Positions 1 through 7,267 of a stretch of DNA of 64,000 nt are shown piece after piece (positions within the stretch are counted from its first letter, which is position 1; the number at the start of each line of letters is the position of its first letter). The stretch is from a virus (Duplodnaviria > Caudoviricetes). Made by a program: the position numbers and the translations under genes. Where the stretch lies: positions 256,001 to 320,000 of IMG/VR virus record IMGVR_UViG_3300021431_000076; one strand, written 5' to 3'. A model generated the notes under the pieces. That model was not told the DNA's origin, made no database searches, and saw only the letters and a program-made list of their open reading frames with translations.

Positions 1-102
1 ATATGTCTCTCAAAGGAATATCCTATAGTGACTACAAATACTTCACTCATCAGCTAAAGATGTTCCTAAAAACTATAAATTACGATAGAGGAGGAGAGAA
101 GG

Positions 103-387
103 TTGTATTATGTAGTTAATAGTAAGTATATCAATAGCAAGTCAGTTTACGATATTCTATATGAAGCTGCTACTATAAGAGATGCTTATGATTTTCTATA
201 TAATAATGGATACAAGCCTAATGTTCAAAGTGAATACAAAACACCCCATTATCATAATGGGGTGTTTAACAATGCTTCAATATGGAAAGAATCAGATTTA
301 GAGCAGATTCTAATAGACTATGTAAATTTAATAATTAATCAAAAGGAGGATTATCTTGGATACAAAGTTAATGGATTCGAAGAGTGA
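103..387 (+). CDS. hypothetical phage protein
   Basis: ORF with TTG start after strong SD GGAGGAG; no recognisable motif. Confidence 0.6.
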   Translation: MYYVVNSKYINSKSVYDILYEAATIRDAYDFLYNNGYKPNVQSEYKTPHYHNGVFNNASIWKESDLEQILIDYVNLIINQKEDYLGYKVNGFEE

Positions 388-826
388 AGAAACTCCTATG
401 GCTGATGGAAAATGGGGTCAAATTAAATATGACAAAGTCCAGATAGTTATTAATCAATATAACTATATAACCTTACCAAAAGACTTAGTAGAGTTCTATA
501 TGGACTATAAATCTCTAAGATGGTTAATAAAGTTACCAGAAGAGAAATGGTCTAGAATGTGTATAGAAAAACATTTTGGTGGTTCTAATTCAAATATATT
601 AAGATGGCAATATGAATGTTACGTTAAAGACGAAGTTCGTTATAATAAGAACTGGTGCTTTGGCATTTTGCTTAAAGATAATTCAATTGAAGGAGGATAT
701 CTTCTTTGTGCTCTTAAAGCAATCAACAAAGTTGATTTCATAAATTTTGCTATGTTCTTAATCAATCAAGCAAAACTGATTAGCTCTAAAAAGGAGGAAA
801 AGTTAGTTGAATTACTTAAAATTTGA
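356..826 (+). CDS. hypothetical phage protein
   Basis: SD AAGGAGG upstream; translationally coupled operon. Confidence 0.65.
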   Translation: MDTKLMDSKSEETPMADGKWGQIKYDKVQIVINQYNYITLPKDLVEFYMDYKSLRWLIKLPEEKWSRMCIEKHFGGSNSNILRWQYECYVKDEVRYNKNWCFGILLKDNSIEGGYLLCALKAINKVDFINFAMFLINQAKLISSKKEEKLVELLKI

Positions 827-1274
827 AGATGAAGAAGAAAAATCTAAAGATATTTATACAGATAAAGAATGGGTTAAATTATCTCAAGATGGAGTTACTT
901 GGTACGGGTATATTAAAGAACAAGAATTTAAGATTCCTCAATGTGAGTTATTCTGTAATGTAAATGGTAGAGATATATTGCTCCACGATCAAACTGAAGA
1001 GTTTAAAGAAGATGATAGTTGGTTTGAAGGAACAATAAGAGAGAGATTTGTTGAACCAGGAGTAGATAATCTGGCTGAAATGAGAGAATGGTTTGAAGAA
1101 TACTCAGCTCCATTTACTACTGGTATTGGTTTTGAACAATGGTTACCAGACCAAAAAGTATTGTTCCCAACCTATTATGTGATTAAATTTAAAGATTTTA
1201 GTACTCATAATAGATGGATACAATACGCCATACTCAAGTCATTAGAATCAATCAAAGGAGAAGAAGTCAAATGA
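807..1274 (+). CDS. hypothetical phage protein
   Basis: SD AAGGAGG, overlaps previous ORF. Confidence 0.65.
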   Translation: MNYLKFEDEEEKSKDIYTDKEWVKLSQDGVTWYGYIKEQEFKIPQCELFCNVNGRDILLHDQTEEFKEDDSWFEGTIRERFVEPGVDNLAEMREWFEEYSAPFTTGIGFEQWLPDQKVLFPTYYVIKFKDFSTHNRWIQYAILKSLESIKGEEVK

Positions 1275-1996
1275 CTAAAAAAGTATTGATTAGTTTAGAA
1301 GAAGGAATCAAAATATTATCTGATGATATAACAGATGAGATGATCAATAAATACAATCAGACAATAAACTTCATACCTATGCGTACAAGTAATGTCACAG
1401 ATGCTGAAGTACTTACTGTTGAGGATATCAACTCTTTTAATACTAGAAAAATAAGTGAAGAGGTTAATACTTTATTTAATGAAGGATGTGTTCCAACAGT
1501 AGAAGTTAAAATACCAGAAATGGATATACTTGGATGGGATAAGGATCTTAAACTAAAAGATTCTAATTTTCATCTCTCATTCTATTCAATGGATAACTTC
1601 ATAAACAATAATCAGTTATCAACCGTCATCTCCTATATGCCAGATTATAATAAACAGAGAGTTGATTATGCTGGTACAGTAAATGTTTTACACGCCTGTG
1701 ATAATCGTTATATAAAGATAGGCTCTAATGCGTATAGAAGAGATTGGGGTACTATGTTTGATCATAGAGTCTCAATCTTAGATAAGTATAATAGTCTAAA
1801 AGATATGGATGATATATTTACAGACATAGGTACTTGTATGAGAGTCTATAAAGCTTTTGTTAAGCAACTTCGAGAAACATATAATGTATCTCTCTTTAAG
1901 AAGATTGTAGATGAGACTATACCTAAAATTGAAGAAATACTAAACAAAGATGAGAACTTTGACTATGAAGCTCTAGAAGCAAATGATGAGTTTTAG
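1271..1996 (+). CDS. hypothetical phage protein (start revised to ATG 1271)
   Basis: ATGA overlap with the previous stop; SD AAGGAG upstream. Confidence 0.65.
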   Translation: MTKKVLISLEEGIKILSDDITDEMINKYNQTINFIPMRTSNVTDAEVLTVEDINSFNTRKISEEVNTLFNEGCVPTVEVKIPEMDILGWDKDLKLKDSNFHLSFYSMDNFINNNQLSTVISYMPDYNKQRVDYAGTVNVLHACDNRYIKIGSNAYRRDWGTMFDHRVSILDKYNSLKDMDDIFTDIGTCMRVYKAFVKQLRETYNVSLFKKIVDETIPKIEEILNKDENFDYEALEANDEF

Positions 1997-2018
1997 AATT
2001 GAGTAAGGAGAATGTAAA

Positions 2019-2762
2019 ATGAAAAGCAAATCTGTCTATATACCAGAAGAATATAGTTACGAATTGAGTAATGCTGAAGAACTTATATTCGAGTGCGAAG
2101 AAGATGCTAAGAAATATATAGAACTTCGTTATATATTTGATGATGAAGTATCATATAACCCAGTAGAGTCTTTCCGGTTTAGTATAAATGAAGAAAAACC
2201 TAAACCAACTAAATTCGTCATTATCCCTAAAGGCCATCAGCCTCCTATATTAGAGGAAGAGCTTGAGTTTGGCCCTAACTACTGTAAAAATATAGCCTAT
2301 CTCAAATCTTTCAAACTTGTCATAGATGGAGAAGGATTAAAAACCTATGTTGATCCTGGATGCCATATTACTAGTATACCAAATCTGGATAAGTTTACTC
2401 AAGGAGGAGGCCAATTAAATTATAATTTAACCGATAATAATGAGTTCAGACTAATAAGAACTATTAAACTGGACGATAAAGAAGATGATCATGCTTGGCA
2501 TGACTACATTATGTTGAGATATACAGAAACGCCAGCATTTAAATCAAAGACAGTTGATATTGTTATATTCCGAGTATTTGATAAAGATACGTTTAAAGAA
2601 ACTCATAAAGGAATGAGCAAAGTACAAGTTGCTGATGATTGTAAGAAACTCACTGATACTTTTGAAGGTTGGTATAAAGACAAAATCTCTTTCTATGCTG
2701 GTGAATGTGTTGGTAAAGTTCAAAAACTTAGAAGAAGTATTAATGATATTCTGAATGACTAA
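2019..2762 (+). CDS. hypothetical phage protein
   Basis: SD AAGGAG; 247 aa ORF followed by terminator hairpin. Confidence 0.7.
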   Translation: MKSKSVYIPEEYSYELSNAEELIFECEEDAKKYIELRYIFDDEVSYNPVESFRFSINEEKPKPTKFVIIPKGHQPPILEEELEFGPNYCKNIAYLKSFKLVIDGEGLKTYVDPGCHITSIPNLDKFTQGGGQLNYNLTDNNEFRLIRTIKLDDKEDDHAWHDYIMLRYTETPAFKSKTVDIVIFRVFDKDTFKETHKGMSKVQVADDCKKLTDTFEGWYKDKISFYAGECVGKVQKLRRSINDILND

Positions 2763-2774
2763 TTGCTAAAAGTG

Positions 2775-2808
2775 GAAAGGTGAGTATTCTCTCTCACCTT
2801 TCTTTTTT
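2775..2808 (+). terminator. intrinsic terminator
   Basis: GAAAGGTGAG/CTCACCTTTC stem plus T-run. Confidence 0.7.
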
Positions 2809-2825
2809 ATAAGGAGGATAAAATC

Positions 2826-3317
2826 ATGGTATTAGTATATTCTATTCCTATAGTGGTAACTCCAGTAAACTATTCTTTTAGTAAAGATAAATCTCATTAT
2901 GGAGCATTTGAACACAATGAAGTGTATTGCTCTATGCTTACTAAAGAATATGAACAAGTAGTTCCAAATCTTAAAAATATTGGGGTAAATGAAACTAATT
3001 ACTTAACAGATCCTGATAGATTAGTAGGCACTAGAATATTTACAGATCTTGGTGTTCATGGTGATGGTGATATATTTGATTATAGTATGAAAGATAGCAT
3101 TACTATCTATAAATTCCCTGAGAATACATCTATATCTTCTACATGGTTATATTTAGTTCCACAGAAAGATGAAGTAACTGATGAAGAGATAGAAACAGAA
3201 ATAGATAAAGTATATAATGATCTTCTTAATGATGGTCCTATTGATAATGCTATAATTGAAAATCATCTAAAATACTTAGAAGTTCTGGCAATATCAGCTA
3301 AGAATAAGTTTATCTAA
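2826..3317 (+). CDS. hypothetical phage protein
   Basis: SD AAGGAGG. Confidence 0.65.
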   Translation: MVLVYSIPIVVTPVNYSFSKDKSHYGAFEHNEVYCSMLTKEYEQVVPNLKNIGVNETNYLTDPDRLVGTRIFTDLGVHGDGDIFDYSMKDSITIYKFPENTSISSTWLYLVPQKDEVTDEEIETEIDKVYNDLLNDGPIDNAIIENHLKYLEVLAISAKNKFI

Positions 3318-3323
3318 TATAAT

Positions 3324-3353
3324 AATCCCCTAGAGCATATTCTCTAGGGGATT
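3324..3353. terminator. terminator hairpin
   Basis: AATCCCCTAGAG/CTCTAGGGGATT perfect inverted repeat. Confidence 0.7.
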
Positions 3354-3365
3354 GACTTTTTAATA
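3354..3365 (+). promoter_or_regulatory. late-type phage promoter GACT-N6-TA
   Basis: matches the NAC(A/T)-N6-T(A/G) motif recurring before structural operons. Confidence 0.5.
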
Positions 3366-3400
3366 AGAATAATATTTATTTTAAAGGAGGTTAATATAAA

Positions 3401-3856
3401 ATGCCTGATACTAGAAAGGGTTATAAAGTTCCTGCTACAGTTATCCCAGGACATGATTCTTTTCCTGTAGTAGATTCTAATGATGTTGCAGGAAATATTA
3501 TGTTTTTTGATTCTCCAGATAAGCTTACTACTATTCCTGCTTCTAAGCGTAAATTAGGTATGTTTGTTTATATATCTAATGAAGGAAGACACTATAAGCT
3601 TATCAATAATAAAGCTGTTTTAGATGCTTCTTGCTGGGAACCATACGAATTAGTAAGCAAAGATTATATTGATAATGTGACTAGCAATTTTGTTACTAAA
3701 GAATCATTTGAACAAATAATTTCTTCTATTCCTAAAACACAAAGTAAATCTTTTGCAATAAATGAAAATACTACATACCCAGCTTCATTTGAAATTGAAT
3801 TACCAGAAGGAGCTTCAATAGTTCAAGTAAATGCAATAGCTGAAATAGATGAATAA
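3401..3856 (+). CDS. putative virion (tail fibre/decoration-type) protein
   Basis: FPVVDSNDVAG...IPASKRKLGMFVY segment resembles modules common in phage fibre proteins; late-type promoter. Confidence 0.45.
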   Translation: MPDTRKGYKVPATVIPGHDSFPVVDSNDVAGNIMFFDSPDKLTTIPASKRKLGMFVYISNEGRHYKLINNKAVLDASCWEPYELVSKDYIDNVTSNFVTKESFEQIISSIPKTQSKSFAINENTTYPASFEIELPEGASIVQVNAIAEIDE

Positions 3857-3871
3857 AGGGAGTGAAATAGT

Positions 3872-4498
3872 GTGAAAAAATTAGTTCCAATAAGTTCTGA
3901 ATATATATCATATACAGTAACTACTCAGACTAAACCAGTTCCTAAATTAGACCCAATTACTAATTTGCCAATTTGGGTAAATGCAGAAACAGGGGAGCAA
4001 ACATCTTCACAGTCTAATCCAAATCCTGCTAGTAATCTTTGGGTTTCTGTTATGGAAAATAAAGAAGTTCCTGTAGTAACTATAACAGTGGCTCAAGAAG
4101 GTATTCCAGAAGGAGCTAAAAGTATAAAGCTATTATATCTATATATAGATAAAGAGGATGAAGAAACAGATGAGCCAGATGCAGAACAACCTGCGCCTGG
4201 TGTTAGTGCAGTTGGAGCTGAAATAAATATAGATGAAAATACAACTTATCCATTAACAGGTGAATTTATTATAGATGGAACTCCAGAATCTATAGAACCA
4301 ATCATAAATAAGAAAGTACAATATGAGAAATTCCAGTCAGGTTATTATTGGTATGGTTTTAATAACCAATTTAATGATTTAAATACAGATGAGAACTCTC
4401 AATTAGAAGTCATAGATGCTAACCTTTATTCATCTTATGGTGGAATTTCTATAAGAGGATCAAAGATTGGAATTCCTGTTATAGAAGGAGGTGAATAA
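3872..4498 (+). CDS. putative virion structural protein
   Basis: shares an INENTTYP / IDENTTYP motif with the preceding ORF; acidic, beta-rich. Confidence 0.45.
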   Translation: MKKLVPISSEYISYTVTTQTKPVPKLDPITNLPIWVNAETGEQTSSQSNPNPASNLWVSVMENKEVPVVTITVAQEGIPEGAKSIKLLYLYIDKEDEETDEPDAEQPAPGVSAVGAEINIDENTTYPLTGEFIIDGTPESIEPIINKKVQYEKFQSGYYWYGFNNQFNDLNTDENSQLEVIDANLYSSYGGISIRGSKIGIPVIEGGE

Positions 4499-5534
4499 AA
4501 TGCATCATTTAAGTTTTCAATTATTAGATGTTACTAAAGTTCTAAATAGTATAGATGAACATAGATATACTCCACCAACAGGTGCTGTAAAACCTGTAAC
4601 AAATGGAGAATATGATAATACAGAAAATATTCTTAATAGATTATCGACTTTAGGTGGTACTGCTCAACTTGGATTTGGATGTGCAATTGGTTATATCTTA
4701 GAATCATATAAATTTAATGATTTGGTTAATAATAATAATCAGTTTGATTTCTATAATGATGATCTATTTTCTTTCCATGAATTCTACGATCCATCTATGC
4801 TTTGCCAATGTATTTCTTCAATAGAAAATTATAATAATATAGGTGGAAAAACGTCTATTTTTTCTTTACCTTTAGACAGTTACTTTTTCAAAGGAGTAAA
4901 TATTCAATTAGGTGATACAATTGATTTAGATGGTAAATCTAGTAAAAATGATTTTAATTTAGAAAATTCTATTGGGTGTTTTAATGCATATATTGATGCA
5001 GCTTTAAATGCAGTTTCTAATAGTGATATGGAAGAAGATAAAAAGAATATACTATTACGAGACTTAAAATTACTAAAATCTGGAAACAATGAATATATAC
5101 CATCAGAAGAATTTTTGCAACAAATAGGCGGTAATTATACTGTATATCATGGTCAAACTGCTGGTCCTAGATTAGTTTCATCTTTTTGGAGTCCAGTTGC
5201 TGGTAAATATGAAGCCAGTATTTATTCTGGTTTTAATTCAGAATTGTTAAAATCTATCAATTTAGATGAAGGATATTTAGAGAATAATCTTCAGTTTAGA
5301 TTATATGCACTTTTTGTTTCATTTGGAGAAGAAGGAGTAGATGATAATTGTACATTGATAAAAACAAATTTAGGAAACCCTTCTTATTATGAAACTATTA
5401 TTCCAGAAACTGCAGATGAAACAAATGTATCAGTAATAATAGAGACTTTGCCAAAGAATAGAGTTAATGTTAAATATACTATAAAAGCAGTTCCAGATGG
5501 AACAGATTCGATCTCATTTAAAGTAAACTATTAA
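4491..5534 (+). CDS. putative virion structural protein
   Basis: coupled to the previous ORF; C-terminus resembles a segment of ORF 3872. Confidence 0.45.
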   Translation: MNKMHHLSFQLLDVTKVLNSIDEHRYTPPTGAVKPVTNGEYDNTENILNRLSTLGGTAQLGFGCAIGYILESYKFNDLVNNNNQFDFYNDDLFSFHEFYDPSMLCQCISSIENYNNIGGKTSIFSLPLDSYFFKGVNIQLGDTIDLDGKSSKNDFNLENSIGCFNAYIDAALNAVSNSDMEEDKKNILLRDLKLLKSGNNEYIPSEEFLQQIGGNYTVYHGQTAGPRLVSSFWSPVAGKYEASIYSGFNSELLKSINLDEGYLENNLQFRLYALFVSFGEEGVDDNCTLIKTNLGNPSYYETIIPETADETNVSVIIETLPKNRVNVKYTIKAVPDGTDSISFKVNY

Positions 5535-5544
5535 ACACAATAAT

Positions 5545-5574
5545 TTCACCCTAGGGATTTCTCCCTAGGGTGAA
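5545..5574. terminator. terminator hairpin
   Basis: TTCACCCTAGGGA/TCCCTAGGGTGAA. Confidence 0.7.
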
Positions 5575-5582
5575 TTACACGG

Positions 5583-5788
5583 AAAAAAAATTTAATTTGA
5601 GCTGGACGATAGACAACTCAATCAGGTTTATCTAAGGGACTCGAACCCATAGATAATAAGGCTTCCTTATTTATACGTACCATAAGGAATAGATTCTTAT
5701 CAAGAAAGTGTTACGAGCCAATCTTAATAAGAAGATTTTGAATGTTTTTTGAAGCGTTTTAGGCCATTAAGGTGCCAACATAATGGTT
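5583..5788 (-). ncRNA. putative structured small RNA (about 200 nt) with a T-loop hairpin
   Basis: minus-strand promoter CACA-TAGATA-TA (5799-5788); about six consecutive hairpins including TTATCTA-TGGGTTCGAGTCCCT-TAGATAA; ends in a hairpin plus U-run; no ORF. Confidence 0.45.
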
Positions 5789-5800
5789 ATATCTATGTGC

Positions 5801-5891
5801 AAACAATAATATATCACTAGGGACCTCCATCCCTAGTGATATACATATATTGTTTTGTCCAAAAACAATAGAACCAGACCAACTGACTCTT
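5801..5891 (-). ncRNA. putative small RNA (about 90 nt)
   Basis: minus-strand promoter AACT-ATATAA-TA (5902-5891); hairpin TATTGTTTT/AAAACAATA, then terminator-like ATATCACTAGGGA/TCCCTAGTGATAT. Confidence 0.4.
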
Positions 5892-5906
5892 ATTATATAG
5901 TTATAA

Positions 5907-6010
5907 CAAAAATAATCCACTACAGGTGGCAGCCTGTAGTGGAACGTTCAAGGGGAATACTTAAACGATTAAGAGGAATGTAAAATGAAAAACAAAAAGC
6001 TTTTCGGCCT
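5907..6010 (-). ncRNA. putative antisense small RNA carrying anti-SD and anti-start sequence
   Basis: minus-strand promoter GACA-ATATAG-TA (6021-6010); terminator TCCACTACAGG/CCTGTAGTGGA plus U-run; body contains TTTTTCATTTTACATTCCTCTT. Confidence 0.45.
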
Positions 6011-6053
6011 ACTATATTGTCTATACTTAATTAAAATTATAATAACTCTCTAG
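5985..6053 (+). CDS. possible 22-aa hydrophobic peptide MKNKKLFGLLYCLYLIKIIITL
   Basis: SD-like AAGAGGA a few nt before ATG; no plus-strand promoter seen, so it may only be the complement of the sRNA. Confidence 0.25.
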   Translation: MKNKKLFGLLYCLYLIKIIITL

Positions 6054-6069
6054 TAACTTTTATTACATT

Positions 6070-6079
6070 TATATACTAT
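6070..6079 (+). promoter_or_regulatory. early-type phage promoter TATATACTAT (representative of about 21 copies)
   Basis: same motif at 10535, 12053, 12498, 12957, 13738, 17981(-), 21905(-), 22317, 23712, 23967, 24646, 28101, 31470, 36655, 37871, 40087, 43136, 45682, 48990 and 61597, in each case upstream of a transcription unit. Confidence 0.75.
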
Positions 6080-6114
6080 TTATATGGAGGATTATAAAAG
6101 AAAGAAGGAGACAT

Positions 6115-6606
6115 ATGAAAATTGATAGACCTTCCATTATATTCAATGGATATTTCAAGGGAACTATTGATAGAGAAGCTAATCTAAGAACATTTACATC
6201 TCTTTCTGGAAATGCTGCTCTATCTGTTCTTGAGAATGAAGACGCTGTATATCATTCATATAAGAGAGATAATAATCAATCTGCTCTTAGATATATGAAT
6301 AATGTTCTCATGGTGAGAAATATGATGAGAATTTATAATGAAGAAGACGGTAGTATAACTTTCATTACTGTAAATTGCAGTAAGAGTGGTGCTAAGAATA
6401 GTCAATGGCATTATACATATTCTGTATCAATAGTGATTGTCAAGTTTGATGACCCTTTAAAATATCTCTATAAACCAGCTAAGGTTAAGGAGATGTGTTT
6501 CTATGCTGTGTCTAATGTCTTTGATAAGTATAGAACCGAGATCAATAACTTTAGAGATATTGGTTTCGATACTATAAAAAAGAAAGATCAAGAGGAGGAA
6601 TTGTAA
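6115..6606 (+). CDS. hypothetical phage protein
   Basis: SD AAGGAG after early promoter. Confidence 0.65.
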   Translation: MKIDRPSIIFNGYFKGTIDREANLRTFTSLSGNAALSVLENEDAVYHSYKRDNNQSALRYMNNVLMVRNMMRIYNEEDGSITFITVNCSKSGAKNSQWHYTYSVSIVIVKFDDPLKYLYKPAKVKEMCFYAVSNVFDKYRTEINNFRDIGFDTIKKKDQEEEL

Positions 6607-6607
6607 A

Positions 6608-7267
6608 ATGAAGTTGATTGTAGTAGTAGATTTACAGAATGAATTCCTTGGTTGGCAACCTGAAGAGATTAAGAAATCTCTTCCAAAGAAAGTGGTGGAT
6701 TATCTAAAAAATCAAATGGAAAAGAGTGATCATACAAGAATAATATGTACTCGTGATACACATCTTGAAAAAGATTATAATGAATATTTTGAATCTTGGA
6801 CTTATCCAATTCATTGTGTTCGTGGTACTTGGGAATGGGAATTAGCAGATGAGCTTGAGGCATTCATGAATGATAGAGCCTATAAAAAGTGCTGGGTAGT
6901 CAATAAACCTACTTATGGAGACTATTCTGATATACTGGGACTTAAAAGACTCTTTAGATGGGAATTTGACGAAATTGAAGTAGTTGGTCTTACAACAGAT
7001 ATTTGTGTATTGGCTACTATGGTTATGCTCAACTGCCTATTCCCTAAAGCAGAATTATCTGTTATTGATGAGCTTACTTATGGTACTTCTGAAGAGAAGA
7101 AACAGCATGCTTATCAAATAATTAATTCTATGGGATTCCATATCAAGACACTTCAGGGATTTGATTATAATACTCCTGAAGCATGGGAAGATGAAGCTAT
7201 CGAAAATAAAGTTATTGATAAGTGTTTTGAGATGGCTGACAATCTTAAAGAGAAGGATGATGAATAA
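6608..7267 (+). CDS. pncA: nicotinamidase / isochorismatase-family cysteine hydrolase
   Basis: VVDLQNEF, TRDTH, PIHCVRGT, NKPTYG and GLTTDICV motifs (D-K-C triad with metal ligands). Confidence 0.8.
   Translation: MKLIVVVDLQNEFLGWQPEEIKKSLPKKVVDYLKNQMEKSDHTRIICTRDTHLEKDYNEYFESWTYPIHCVRGTWEWELADELEAFMNDRAYKKCWVVNKPTYGDYSDILGLKRLFRWEFDEIEVVGLTTDICVLATMVMLNCLFPKAELSVIDELTYGTSEEKKQHAYQIINSMGFHIKTLQGFDYNTPEAWEDEAIENKVIDKCFEMADNLKEKDDE

Noticed and set aside
5620-5700. tRNA gene on the minus strand (GGGTTCGAGTCCC)
   Set aside because: No D-arm, anticodon arm, acceptor stem or CCA can be built around the T-arm; kept only as a T-loop motif.
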